A stretch of DNA of 64,000 nucleotides from a bacterium (GCA_046757025.1 JBHHXN010000005.1:25989-89988); one strand, 5' to 3'. Counted from the stretch's first letter, positions 49,098 through 59,985 are shown. Translations and numbers: made by a program. Notes: generated from the sequence alone by a model not told the origin.

Positions 49098-49733
49098 TTA
49101 TTTGCCGACCTTTGCTATTATATCATTTCAAAAAAACCTTTTTCCGATATGACTTGACCTGCATCGGAATGGTCGCACCGACTGGATTCAGTTACCCGAG
49201 TTTATCTCATTTCCTATGATGGAATAAATTTATAAAAAAGCAGGACTGGCTAAAGATTTGTTGTTTTCTTTTGGCATGAAATTGCGAGGATAATTAAATT
49301 AGGGTGTCTCAATTCATGGCCGAAACAGAGGAGACCTTCGTGAGGGCGTTGCCACCATTTCCAAATAACTTCATTTGTTCTTAAAAATAGCTGTCTTACG
49401 AAATTGGAAGCATAAAAAAATCTTGACTTTTGAATTACAATTTAGTAATTTTATCTACCTAAAAAATATGAAATTATGAGATTAATCGAAGTTCTTTCAC
49501 CAAAATCCTGATTTCTTACTACGATTAAACCTGCCAGTTCTGATAATAGGGTTAGGATGGCTCCTGTTAATTCCATTGACAAATCTCATAGTATTAAAGA
49601 GCACGTGTAATAAGTTCATATTTTTTATTTCACGCTGGGATTGTGTTCTTTAAGAATCTCCTGATTTAATTCAAAGTAGGAACCGTTGAACAAATGCGTC
49701 ATATTTGGACGTGAAGCATTTGGGGAGAGTAAA

Positions 49734-51200
49734 ATGAGCAAAAATGGAAAAATACTGCTTATCGATGAGGATAAAGACGAGTTAAAACGACTAAAGCTGT
49801 ATATTAAAAAGTTTGGGTTTGATTGCTTTGCATCCAAATCCACCAAGAAAGCCCTGGAATTGGTTTCCTTAGAACGCCCGAACATCGTGATTGCGGATTT
49901 GAATTTGTTGGTTCATGCTGACAACTCGATTCTAAAGGAAATAATCAAATTTGATTCCAACATCCTCACCTTGCTCTACTCAACAGATAGAAACATCGAT
50001 TCGGCCACGCTGGCATTCCGCTCTGGCGCATTTGATTATCTGCACAAACCCATCTCACCAGACCAGCTCAAGGCAGCCATTCATCGCGCCATGAATCATA
50101 AACTTTTTATGATTCAAAAGAATTTATTGATTTATGAAAAACTCGAAGATGTGGTTCGCAATTATATGGGAAAAAAGCCGGTACCTTCACACAGGTTCAT
50201 TCAGTATGATAAGGAGATCAAAAAACATAAATTTGGCAACATGATCGGAAAGAGCCAGCTGATGCAAGAGTTGTTTCATAAGATCATAAAAATCTCGAAA
50301 TCCAATGCGAATGTTATGATTTATGGGGAAAGCGGTACGGGAAAGGAATTGATTGCCCGCAGCATCCATAATTGCAGCCGACTGAGAAAAAACGCCTTGA
50401 TTCCAGTAGACTGTGTCGCTTTGCCAGAGAATCTTTTGGAAAGCGAGCTATTCGGATTTGAAAAAGGCGCTTTCACAGGCGCTGAATCCATGCGCCGAGG
50501 ATTGTTAGAATACGCCGACAAAGGCACCCTTTTCCTCGATGAAATTATTGAGCTCAATCCTAATTTACAAGCAAAGCTGTTGCGAGTATTGCAGGAAGGT
50601 GAGTTTAGAAGAGTGGGCGGCAAGCAGTTGATTAAGGTTACGATGCGCGTGATTTCCGCATCCAATATTGTTCCATTGGAAGCGGTAAAATACGGCAAAT
50701 TGCGCGGGGATCTTTATTATCGGTTGAACGTCATTCCATTGGAAGTACCGCCTCTCAGGGAAAGAAAAGAAGACATTCCTTTGCTGGTGGATTATTTTCT
50801 GCACAAAAGCAGCCATTCAAACGGCGAGTCTCAAAAAGAATTCGATTCCACTGCAATCGATGCTTTGATGGAGTATTCCTGGCCAGGAAACGTCCGTGAA
50901 CTGCAAAACCTCATCGAAAGGTTGCTTTCTCTGGTTGAAACCGAGCGCATCACGGCGGCGGAGCTACCTGAATACATCACGTCGTCAAACCACCATGATG
51001 CTTTGAAAAGAGCCGAATATTTCGATGTGCCTTTATTAGAGGCCAAAAAGAATGTTGTTGAAAATTTCGAAAAAGAATATTTGAAACAATTGCTCAAAAA
51101 ATGCAATGGCAATATTTCGAAAGCCGCCAATAAAGCGGAAATCAGCCGGAGAACGCTCTATCGAATGATCAAATCATTTAATTTATATAAGCAATTTTAA
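49734..51200 (+). CDS. sigma-54-dependent response regulator (REC-AAA+-HTH, NtrC family)
   Basis: Receiver with IAD and KP; GESGTGKE, ESELFG.EKGAFTGA, FLDEI, WPGNVREL; Fis-type HTH; GGGGAG RBS. Confidence 0.93.
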   Translation: MSKNGKILLIDEDKDELKRLKLYIKKFGFDCFASKSTKKALELVSLERPNIVIADLNLLVHADNSILKEIIKFDSNILTLLYSTDRNIDSATLAFRSGAFDYLHKPISPDQLKAAIHRAMNHKLFMIQKNLLIYEKLEDVVRNYMGKKPVPSHRFIQYDKEIKKHKFGNMIGKSQLMQELFHKIIKISKSNANVMIYGESGTGKELIARSIHNCSRLRKNALIPVDCVALPENLLESELFGFEKGAFTGAESMRRGLLEYADKGTLFLDEIIELNPNLQAKLLRVLQEGEFRRVGGKQLIKVTMRVISASNIVPLEAVKYGKLRGDLYYRLNVIPLEVPPLRERKEDIPLLVDYFLHKSSHSNGESQKEFDSTAIDALMEYSWPGNVRELQNLIERLLSLVETERITAAELPEYITSSNHHDALKRAEYFDVPLLEAKKNVVENFEKEYLKQLLKKCNGNISKAANKAEISRRTLYRMIKSFNLYKQF

Positions 51201-51201
51201 A

Positions 51202-51354
51202 TAGTGTTCATACGTGATCGTCATGCCCAGCGGGCTCCCTGCTAACGGCTTGCCGGGATCGGCTTAAGGGGAAATTTCATGCCTAACTGACGAATGGATT
51301 CCCACTTAAAGCTCGCCGCAATGATAACATAAGGCGCTTTACGAATGGACACGA
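51202..51354. mobile_element. MITE-like element family C (TAGTGT.CAT ends, CGTCAT REP-like core)
   Basis: GTGTTCATACGT / ACGAATGGACAC 10/12 IR; left end matches 63946 onward at 22/27. Confidence 0.6.
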
Positions 51355-51497
51355 AATCGCCGACAATCGGAAAGGCGCTTTCTCGTCACTTGAATTTTGG
51401 TTTCATTTTCAAGCTGCCCAGATTTAATAATTACTGAACACGATCCGTATTTTGACGTTATTCTGGAGATTGCTCCAAGTCCTCTCCTCTAAACGTT

Positions 51498-51535
51498 TGT
51501 ATACCTTAATTCACAATTGTAAACTTTGTGTCACA
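51498..51535. promoter_or_regulatory. Tandem TGT-N12-ACA sites, candidate enhancer for sigma-54 activators
   Basis: TGTATACCTTAATTCACA and TGTAAACTTTGTGTCACA, 20-bp period, upstream of the -24/-12 site. Confidence 0.45.
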
Positions 51536-51753
51536 ACCTCTGTTTTTTAATTACTTGTGTAAGTAATTTGAAAATAATTTTAAGAGATTGTGTAGTTTGG
51601 GTTACAATTTAGGATTCATATTACACAGCGGGGAAGCGCTTTGATTCATCAATTTCACAAGTGTTGTGAACGGTATCTACCTATTGAAAATAATTAATTT
51701 ATCCTATTTTTAATTTCCTACTTTCCGTCCTAATTATATTTACAAGTAAATCA

Positions 51754-51769
51754 GGGCATACTATTTGCA
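51754..51769 (+). promoter_or_regulatory. sigma-54 (-24/-12) promoter
   Basis: GGGCATACTATTTGCA with GG-N10-GC spacing, between two activator genes. Confidence 0.65.
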
Positions 51770-52053
51770 CAAACCAAAAACATTCTCACCTTGCACTGCT
51801 TCCTTGATCACTCACCCAAATTTTTTGTGAGATTGTTGAAACATTTGAATTTAGAAAGCTATTTGAAATTCTAACTTCAATTGCGACAGCACTTTATCTG
51901 GCTCAACACAAGTAGAATAGCAGTCGAAAATTCTCAACCATTCTCCTCGCACAGCACCGGTGGTAAAAGCATTCATTTCAAACAGTCAATTAACGAAAAG
52001 TGGCGGGAAGGGTAGCGTGGATCATTGATAACAATCAATCCCGAAAAATCAAA

Positions 52054-52458
52054 ATGGTACAGAACCTTAAACAGAACGGAACCCTGAATGTTTTATTGGC
52101 TACAAAAGATTCCACTATTGAAGAGAGAATTAAAAAAATATTACGAGCCAATCAGTATTCGCTCTTTGTGGTGGGCAGTTGCAAAGAAGCCTTAGAAAAT
52201 ATTTTGGATTATAATTATGATGCGGTTATTTTTGACCCGGAATTGAACGAGCTTCACAGTTCCGATGCTGTGCAATTGATTAAGAAAATTAGACCAAAAT
52301 TAAATTTAATCGTTTTTTCAGATGACAGTTCTTATGAAACCGGGGTAAAGATTGCGGAAACCGGCGTGTATTTCAGACTGCTGAAACCCATCGACGACGA
52401 CATCACGACTCAACTACTTTCGAGCTTGGAAAAAAAAGCCAATTCTCCTCTTGAATGA
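52054..52458 (+). CDS. Stand-alone atypical receiver-domain protein
   Basis: CheY-fold pattern with VIFD and LLKP but ATKD in place of the acidic pair; start uncertain (52000 or 52054). Confidence 0.75.
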   Translation: MVQNLKQNGTLNVLLATKDSTIEERIKKILRANQYSLFVVGSCKEALENILDYNYDAVIFDPELNELHSSDAVQLIKKIRPKLNLIVFSDDSSYETGVKIAETGVYFRLLKPIDDDITTQLLSSLEKKANSPLE

Positions 52459-52571
52459 TCTTTCGATATTTGATTTGATATCTTCTTAGTTTGGGGTCAA
52501 TTACAGTTCTAAATTTTCAAAATCTGCACAATCTTTAATTAGTGTGCGCAAAAATTTAATGCAGGCAAACT

Positions 52572-54044
52572 ATGTCTGTTAATAAAAAATCTATATCAGC
52601 GCAAATTAATCTTTTGCTAACGCACATCATCTCCACATTCGGTGCCAAGTTGGGTATGCTCTGGATTGCCGGCTCAGACACCTTTTATATGAATTCATTG
52701 AATGGCGAACCGACGCTGATCGAAACGCATCATTTAAACAACTTTTTGGCCAGTTATTATTATCGATTTTTACGTTCAAGTTATCGCACTTATCCAATCA
52801 TTTTGGAAGATGTTTTCAAAGCTCCAAACATGCCAGAATTGTTGACCAACTTCGCTGAATCCGCGAACATTAAATCCGTGATGATTTCTCCTATTGTTAG
52901 GCACAGGCTCATAAAAGGCACTTTGTTGTTGGGGGCAAATTCCATCACCAAATTGAAAAGAATCAATAGTGATTTGTTGATGATGTTGTCTGACTTGGCG
53001 CTCTATTTAACCGACTGCGAAATGGATAACGATGCTGAAAAAAACGCTCCTTCATCCGTTGCAAACGCTTTCGGAATGCTCATCGGGAAAAATAAACAGA
53101 TGCAGATAATCAATGAAACCATCTCCAAAATTTCCGATTCCGACGCAAACGTATTCATTTATGGCGAAAGCGGCACCGGCAAGGAATTGGTGGCTCGCAC
53201 GCTGCATTCCATGAGCCGGCGCAAAAGTGAGACTTTCATCCCGGTCGATTGTGTGGCGCTGCCGAAAAACCTGCTCGAAAGTGAGTTATTCGGATTTGAG
53301 AAAGGCGCCTTTACAGGGGCTTATAAAATAAAGCGAGGATTGCTTGAATATGCTGACGGCGGATCTTTTTTTCTCGATGAGATCACCGAAATGAATTTTG
53401 ATTTGCAGGCCAAGTTGTTACGGGTGCTGCAGGAAAAACAATTCAGGCGGATTGGCGGCAAGGAACTTCTCGATGTCGATATCCGCATTATTTCAGCCAC
53501 AAATCGAAATCCGAAAGAGGCCATTGACAATAAGCAGCTAAGGCAGGATCTCTATTATCGTCTGAATGTGATTCCTATTTATGTGCCACCGCTGCGGGAG
53601 CGTGCAGAAGATATCCCTCTGTTTGTCATCCATTTCATCAAAGAGATTTCCAAATCCAATGAGCAGGCATCGCATGAAGTGACCGATGATGCGATGGAAA
53701 AGCTCATAAATTATCGGTGGCCCGGTAACATCCGAGAATTACGCAATGTGATAGAACGTTCGCTGGCGCTTGCACGTAACGACCTGATCTCAGTTGCGGA
53801 CCTGCCGGATGAGATCGTACATAATAAATCGACCCACAGGAAAATTGAAAAAAATGAATCGCTTATTTTACCATACAATCAGGCAAAGAAACAGAATCTT
53901 CTTTCATTTGAAAGGAGTTATTTCTCAAAATTGTTAGACAAAAATCTTGGCAACATTACGAAAGTAGCAAAAGAAGCCAAAGTAAGCCGCAAAACTATTT
54001 ACAATATTTTAAAAAAACACCGACTCAATATCGATTTAGTTTGA
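52572..54044 (+). CDS. sigma-54-dependent activator with N-terminal GAF-like domain
   Basis: IKSVMISPI.....GTLLL GAF-like segment; GESGTGKE, GAFTGA, FLDEI, WPGNIREL; HTH. Confidence 0.9.
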   Translation: MSVNKKSISAQINLLLTHIISTFGAKLGMLWIAGSDTFYMNSLNGEPTLIETHHLNNFLASYYYRFLRSSYRTYPIILEDVFKAPNMPELLTNFAESANIKSVMISPIVRHRLIKGTLLLGANSITKLKRINSDLLMMLSDLALYLTDCEMDNDAEKNAPSSVANAFGMLIGKNKQMQIINETISKISDSDANVFIYGESGTGKELVARTLHSMSRRKSETFIPVDCVALPKNLLESELFGFEKGAFTGAYKIKRGLLEYADGGSFFLDEITEMNFDLQAKLLRVLQEKQFRRIGGKELLDVDIRIISATNRNPKEAIDNKQLRQDLYYRLNVIPIYVPPLRERAEDIPLFVIHFIKEISKSNEQASHEVTDDAMEKLINYRWPGNIRELRNVIERSLALARNDLISVADLPDEIVHNKSTHRKIEKNESLILPYNQAKKQNLLSFERSYFSKLLDKNLGNITKVAKEAKVSRKTIYNILKKHRLNIDLV

Positions 54045-54228
54045 GATATTTGTGGAATTAACGGTGTCTATAGGGTAAGCACCATGTAACTTGCACAAAC
54101 CATGATCAAATATAATTGTAATTAAAACAATTGTTCAAATGACCTGAAATTGTTTTGCTATTGTCAATGTATGGGTATGGATGAATTGTAATTAATGACT
54201 TATATTAACTTTTCGAAGGCACAATACC

Positions 54229-56541
54229 ATGGATGTTCAGAGTAGCAATGCGATATCATTGCGCGATATATTTAACGTAATTCGCAGGAGAAAGTGGTTG
54301 ATCCTCATTTGTTTATCTGGGTTTTTAATTCCGGTGTTGGTTTATAACCATAAAGCCGTACCAATCTATCGCAGCTCCACCAAAGTGAAATTTGAGCAAA
54401 GCAAAGACATTATGGCTTTTAGTCCTTTTGGTGGCATGAATAATACAAGCGATATCCAGAATATTATCGAGGAAATGAAAACAAAAAGCTTTGCTGAGGA
54501 TGTCTATGCTGATCTTGATGGTGCAATTGTAGCACGATGTTCAAATCTTAGTCTGTACTCTCCTGAATATGATCTCGAGAAATTCGTAGTGAGTCATATC
54601 AAAGTTGGTTTATCGTCTTCGCCCATTCGTGGAACGGAAATAATCAATATTTATTATGATACTGAGGATCCAGAGCTTGCACAAATTGTTGCTCAGACTA
54701 CGGCTGATGTTTTGATAAAGCGCAATATTAGAGAGAAAACTGAAAAATTACGAAAGGTACTGAAATCAATCGACGCACAGTTAGGAAAAGTAGAAAAGCG
54801 GTTAGAGAATTCGGAGAATGAATTAAAAATATTTAAAGAGACGAATAAAATTACCTCAATAGAAGGTGAGACCCGTGAGATATTGAGAAAAAAAACCGAA
54901 ATTGAGAATTTATTGAATCAGGTAAAAATATCGCAGAAGGAATTGCATGAAAGGCAGGCAATCATAAAGATAAAGCTCGATTCAGCAAACACCGCTCTAA
55001 TTAAAGCCACCGGTATTTCATACCGTCAGAAAATCAACCAGTTGAGAAATAATCTGGGGGAAATTGAGAATAGAATATCATCTCTTCGGTTGCAAGGGGT
55101 TCCGGAAAACAATGCCAAAATGATTGAGTCGGTAAATGAACGTGAACAGATACTCGCTGAATTGAAGTTGATAGCTGAAATGCACAAAAATTTAGATGAC
55201 CCAATTAATAAGATTATTGAATACCAAAACAAATTGGATGCACTGGAAATTGATTTACAGGCCTTGAATGCAAAAAAAAATAAATTAGAAAGTCTTGAGA
55301 ATAATTACATAAACAAACTGAATAATTTACCATGGATTGAGAAAAAGCTAGTGCAATTAATTCGCGAGGTGGAAATCAATAACAATCTCTACATCAACCT
55401 TTTGGAAAAAAGAGATGAAGCCAGAATCAATCTGGAGTCGGTAAAAAGCAACATACGGGTAATTGAGCCTGCCAGGTATCCGGGGATTCCTATTCGTCCG
55501 CGTAAAATCTTAAATATTTTCATTGGCATTTTTTCAGGATTGTTTTTTGGGGTGTTCCTCATCTTTGTTTTTGAGTACTTCAATAATGAAATCAGAACTC
55601 AGGAAGACATTGAAAATGAACTTGGTATTCCAGTGATCGCAGTGATTCCCAAAAACAGAACCGGGCTAAATGGGATATTCAATTTGAACAGCAATGGTGA
55701 AATGTTTGCCGGTACAAAATACGACTCCATATTTTTTGACGCTTACAATCTCCTTTCATTTGCATTGGAAAATCAGCCGCACCAGGGCTCGACCATCATG
55801 GTGACCAGCTGCGTACCGGATGAGGGGAAATCCACTGTCGCCAGTATGTTGGCATTAACCAGCGCGCAGCGCGGTAAAAAAACGCTACTCATCGATGCGG
55901 ACCTAAGGCGGCCTTCACTGCACTCTTTTTTTCACGTACCCCGTGAACCCGGATTGACCAACATGGTGGTTGAAATGATGCAGTTACAAAACAGAATCAC
56001 GCATTCGAGTAACAACAACCACAACAACGTGCATTTTAATCCTCATCGGCATCACACACCGCCGGTGCGAATTGTGGACGATCATATCGCTGGCGCTACG
56101 TTGATTGAGGAATTATTACAGCGTCTGGATAAAAATTTGTATTTTCTGCCTTGCGGTTTCATCCCGAACAACCCGGTTAGAATTTGGTCATCACGGGTGT
56201 GGAATTCCATGTTTCAGCATTTATCCAGTTGTGTGGATCTTATCATAATCGATGCACCGCCGATAATCGGGGTGGCTGAAACCACCATGATGGCCATGTA
56301 TGTTGAGCACATTTTATTTTGTGTCGCCGCCGGCGGGGTGGACAAAAAAACCATTAAGCGCGCGTTTAAAACATTTCGGGAATCCATCCCGGATGCTGAA
56401 AACAAAATAATCGGAGCGGTTCTGAACAAGGCGGATTTAGCGAACACGTATGGCAGCTATAAATATTATCGTTATTATTCAAAAAGCGATAAGCTGCGCC
56501 TGACGCCGGAGCTGCCTAAAATAGATTTTACTCATAAATAA
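54229..56541 (+). CDS. wzc: Polysaccharide co-polymerase / tyrosine autokinase (Wzc/GumC family)
   Basis: Two TM segments flanking a coiled coil, PIRPR; Walker A PDEGKST, IDADLRRP, IIIDAPP; Tyr cluster YGSYKYYRYY. Confidence 0.92.
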   Translation: MDVQSSNAISLRDIFNVIRRRKWLILICLSGFLIPVLVYNHKAVPIYRSSTKVKFEQSKDIMAFSPFGGMNNTSDIQNIIEEMKTKSFAEDVYADLDGAIVARCSNLSLYSPEYDLEKFVVSHIKVGLSSSPIRGTEIINIYYDTEDPELAQIVAQTTADVLIKRNIREKTEKLRKVLKSIDAQLGKVEKRLENSENELKIFKETNKITSIEGETREILRKKTEIENLLNQVKISQKELHERQAIIKIKLDSANTALIKATGISYRQKINQLRNNLGEIENRISSLRLQGVPENNAKMIESVNEREQILAELKLIAEMHKNLDDPINKIIEYQNKLDALEIDLQALNAKKNKLESLENNYINKLNNLPWIEKKLVQLIREVEINNNLYINLLEKRDEARINLESVKSNIRVIEPARYPGIPIRPRKILNIFIGIFSGLFFGVFLIFVFEYFNNEIRTQEDIENELGIPVIAVIPKNRTGLNGIFNLNSNGEMFAGTKYDSIFFDAYNLLSFALENQPHQGSTIMVTSCVPDEGKSTVASMLALTSAQRGKKTLLIDADLRRPSLHSFFHVPREPGLTNMVVEMMQLQNRITHSSNNNHNNVHFNPHRHHTPPVRIVDDHIAGATLIEELLQRLDKNLYFLPCGFIPNNPVRIWSSRVWNSMFQHLSSCVDLIIIDAPPIIGVAETTMMAMYVEHILFCVAAGGVDKKTIKRAFKTFRESIPDAENKIIGAVLNKADLANTYGSYKYYRYYSKSDKLRLTPELPKIDFTHK

Positions 56542-56558
56542 ATTTTAATGGAAAAAAA

Positions 56559-57071
56559 ATGAAAAAATTAATTCTGTTAAATTTCATAATGACGGTTGCG
56601 CTTGCGGTTTCTGGGATAGAGACCCGGGCGCAGCAGGCCGAACCCAGAGAAAAAAGTACCCCATCACAATACATAATCGGGGAAGAAGGGCAGCTGCTTT
56701 TGCCGGTCAATATCCTGGGACTGGTGCAAAAACCAGGACAATATAAAGTGCCTTACGGAACAGATTTAATTTCGCTGATTGCTTACGCCGGCGGATTCAC
56801 CGAAGACGCCAAGATCAATGAGATAAAAATCGTTCGCAGTGTGCAAAGCAACGGCAGTAAACGCAAGCGTGCCCGGGTGTTTAAGGTAAATGTCAAGCGC
56901 TACTTTGACCATGGTGACAAATCACAAGTGCCAGAGTTGCAACCGGAAGATACCATTCTCGTCACAGGTACGGCCGCACGTACTTTTAACAAGATATTTT
57001 CATTTTTCCGAACCGTGCTGCCCGCCGCACAACTGGTGTTCATCGTGATAGTGAGTTTGGATCGCAGGTAG
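56559..57071 (+). CDS. SLBB-domain polysaccharide export protein (short Wza-like)
   Basis: VNILGLVQKPGQYKVP...LISLIAYAGGFT..A....I.IVR...LQPEDTILV; C-terminal amphipathic helix. Confidence 0.8.
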   Translation: MKKLILLNFIMTVALAVSGIETRAQQAEPREKSTPSQYIIGEEGQLLLPVNILGLVQKPGQYKVPYGTDLISLIAYAGGFTEDAKINEIKIVRSVQSNGSKRKRARVFKVNVKRYFDHGDKSQVPELQPEDTILVTGTAARTFNKIFSFFRTVLPAAQLVFIVIVSLDRR

Positions 57072-57136
57072 ATATGGTGGTGAGATTTCAAAAATGAAAA
57101 GTAAAGTGAGATTATTGCCAATCAAAGTATCTCTAT

Positions 57137-57985
57137 ATGAGAAATATGCACTCTAAAAATGTAATTGCCATGCTAAAAAAAATAATCTTTTCAGCTGTGT
57201 TTTGCTGCCTGATCTGGCAACCTATGGCAATGGCTCAAAAGAATGATATGTGGCTGATCAATTTAGCCACTCCATTTACCTTAGAAAAAGGGACCCTGTC
57301 TATAGATTTGCTGGGACACTATACGAATTACAGCTCACCCGATCCCCGCACCGAAGTAGCGGATTTTACCCTGGTGGGCAGTCTGGGTTTGACGGACAAA
57401 TTAAACTTGATTTTCAAAATACCATTTAGCTGGATAAGCGGGCGGCCGCACAATTTTGGAATGGACGATGTCGCTGTGAATTTTAAATATAAAATTTTGA
57501 CTTCTGAAATATTTCACCTGTCCATCGCACCGAGGGTCATTGTTCCCACAGGTGACGATGAGGCATTTCGAGGCGGCGGTAAGGTCAACTTCCAGATTGA
57601 TTTGAATTTTGCGCTGCAACAGTCCGTTTGGCGGTTCATAACAAATGTAGGGTACGGAGAAAATAAATATATTACTACGGTGAAAGAATACAGCCCAAGC
57701 GGGAGTCATTTTAAATTGATCAGCTCGGTGCAAAATCACAAACGTTTGCACCTTTCCAGCGGATTTGCTATCGATGCCAGTTCCGCAATGAGTTTTGTTT
57801 TTGAGGGCGTTTTGCAAATGATACCCGAGTTCTCTGACAAAGATTTTTATTTTCAGGTTGGGGGCGTTTTACGAATTCATAACTCCATGTTGCTCAAGGG
57901 AGGGGCTGGGTTTGGATGGCCTCGCGATGGACGTACGATTGTGGACACCAAAGCCACGCTGGGCTTGAGTTATTTTATCAATTAA
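57137..57985 (+). CDS. Putative outer-membrane beta-barrel protein
   Basis: Signal peptide, TPFTLEKG, VPTGD, alternating strands, C-terminal LGLSYF. Confidence 0.65.
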   Translation: MRNMHSKNVIAMLKKIIFSAVFCCLIWQPMAMAQKNDMWLINLATPFTLEKGTLSIDLLGHYTNYSSPDPRTEVADFTLVGSLGLTDKLNLIFKIPFSWISGRPHNFGMDDVAVNFKYKILTSEIFHLSIAPRVIVPTGDDEAFRGGGKVNFQIDLNFALQQSVWRFITNVGYGENKYITTVKEYSPSGSHFKLISSVQNHKRLHLSSGFAIDASSAMSFVFEGVLQMIPEFSDKDFYFQVGGVLRIHNSMLLKGGAGFGWPRDGRTIVDTKATLGLSYFIN

Positions 57986-58011
57986 TGCAATGAAATGTTC
58001 ATTTAAATTAG

Positions 58012-59985
58012 GTGCTGAAGATGTGGGCTTTTAAGCTGTTAAACAATTCTAAATCTTTCAATCAAGTCATGCTTCAATATCGGCAGATTGTCATTATCAT
58101 CGTGCAAATAATGCTTGTCTTATTGGGTTATGTTCTGGCGTTTTTACTGCGCTTCGATTTTTCCATCCCCCGGGAAGAACAGACGGTTCTGTTGCAAACG
58201 ATCTTATTTCTACTGGCCTGTCGATTGGCAACTTATTGTATATTCAAGTTGCACACCGGTTGGTGGCAGTTTGTAAGTATGTTGGACCTCGTGAATATCA
58301 CCAAAGCTATCATAGTGGGTTCGGTGATGTTTTTAGCGGGCTTGGTCTTTATTTTTGGATTGTCGGGATACCCGCGTTCGGTGATAATAATTGAAGCAAT
58401 TCTCAATTTTCTATTTCTTGGCGGCATTCGCTTTGCGGTTCGCTGGGTGCGTGAATCCACCAGTGAAGCGGCACCCAAACATCTCAAGTACATTTTGGTG
58501 GTTGGCGCCGGCAAATCCGGCTCGCAATTGTTGAGTGAAATCCGTACGAACTCACAACTGGGCATTCAGGTGGTGGGATTTGTGGATGACGATCCCTTAA
58601 AACAAAATGCATATATTCAGGGCGTGAAAGTGCTGGGAAATTGTGAACAAATTCCAGAACTGGTGAAGCAGTTCAATGTCGATGAAATCATCATCACGAT
58701 TCCTTGCGCGGGTGTCAAGAAGATCGCTGAAATCGATAAAAAGGGTAAGGAATGTGGCGTAAAAGTTCGCGTATTACCGAGCATTTCAGAACTCATTTTT
58801 AAAGATGGACTCTGGCAGCAACTGCGGGACGTGCCATGCGATGAGCTCATGGATCGTCCCTTACTGGAGTTTCGCAGAAAAAGCGACATCGATTTGTTGC
58901 GACATGAAATTGAAGCAAAAAATGTCATGGTTACCGGCGCCGGCGGCTCTATCGGTTCGGAGATCGCCCGGCAGTGCGCCAGCCGCAACCCCAATTTGCT
59001 GATTCTTTATGAACGTCATGAGACGACTCTGTATTATTTAGAACGCGAGCTGCGCGAGGATTACCCGGATTGCCGTATTTCGTTAGTGGTTGGCGATATT
59101 CTGAACAAGAGAAAATTCAACAATGTTGTAGCCAGCAACGACGTGGATTTGATTTATCATGCCGCGGCTTATAAACACGTTCCCATGATGGAGCGCGAAC
59201 CGTTAGAAGCGGTGCGTAATAACATCATCGCTACGAAATATGTGGTGGAAGCGGCTATCAAATTCAACGTGGAAAAATGTGTTTACATTTCGACGGACAA
59301 AGCGGTGAACCCCAGCAATATCATGGGCACCACCAAGAGAGTGGGTGAAATGATTTTGCAGGCTTTTTCTGGAAATGAAACAAAATTCATCACTGTGAGA
59401 TTTGGCAATGTGATCGGCAGCAACGGCAGTGTGATCCCGGTCTTTAAAAAACAGATTTGCAGAGGTGGTCCGGTTACCGTAACGCATCCGCAGGTCACGC
59501 GTTATTTTATGACCATTTCCGAGGCGGTACAGTTAGTGATGACGGCCGGAGCCATCGGTAAAGGTGGCGAGATCTTTTTGCTGGACATGGGCGAGCCGGT
59601 CAAAATCGTCGATATGGCAAAAAAATTGATCAGATCTTCTGGATTGATTCCTGGAAAAGACATCGAAATTAAATATACCGGTCTGCGGCTGGGTGAAAAA
59701 TTGCACGAAGACTTGTATTGGAAAGGTGAAAACATCATACCCACCGAGAACAAAAAAATCACCATGTTGCAGGCAAACGGATTAGATCGAGAATTGCTGC
59801 TGGTAAATGTAGCCAGATTGGCTAAGATCGATCCGGAATCAAGTAATGATTGCGTTCTGGAAATTTTGAAGAAACTGGTACCGGAATGTACTTTAAAAGG
59901 GCCAGTCAAAGTGGTTGATGATTATTTACCGGGACCGCCAGGGGTTGTTTATTCTTTGAAAAAAGATAAACTGGTATCCAAATGA
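58012..59985 (+). CDS. Nucleoside-diphosphate sugar 4,6-dehydratase, CapD/PglF/WbpM family
   Basis: 4 N-terminal TMs; VTGAGGSIGSE, HAAAYKHVP, ISTDKAVNP, VRFGNV.GS.GSV. Confidence 0.93.
   Translation: MLKMWAFKLLNNSKSFNQVMLQYRQIVIIIVQIMLVLLGYVLAFLLRFDFSIPREEQTVLLQTILFLLACRLATYCIFKLHTGWWQFVSMLDLVNITKAIIVGSVMFLAGLVFIFGLSGYPRSVIIIEAILNFLFLGGIRFAVRWVRESTSEAAPKHLKYILVVGAGKSGSQLLSEIRTNSQLGIQVVGFVDDDPLKQNAYIQGVKVLGNCEQIPELVKQFNVDEIIITIPCAGVKKIAEIDKKGKECGVKVRVLPSISELIFKDGLWQQLRDVPCDELMDRPLLEFRRKSDIDLLRHEIEAKNVMVTGAGGSIGSEIARQCASRNPNLLILYERHETTLYYLERELREDYPDCRISLVVGDILNKRKFNNVVASNDVDLIYHAAAYKHVPMMEREPLEAVRNNIIATKYVVEAAIKFNVEKCVYISTDKAVNPSNIMGTTKRVGEMILQAFSGNETKFITVRFGNVIGSNGSVIPVFKKQICRGGPVTVTHPQVTRYFMTISEAVQLVMTAGAIGKGGEIFLLDMGEPVKIVDMAKKLIRSSGLIPGKDIEIKYTGLRLGEKLHEDLYWKGENIIPTENKKITMLQANGLDRELLLVNVARLAKIDPESSNDCVLEILKKLVPECTLKGPVKVVDDYLPGPPGVVYSLKKDKLVSK

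Noticed and set aside
49271..49286. sigma-54-like TTGGCATGAAATTGCG
   Set aside because: GG-to-GC spacing is 9 nt, not the required 10
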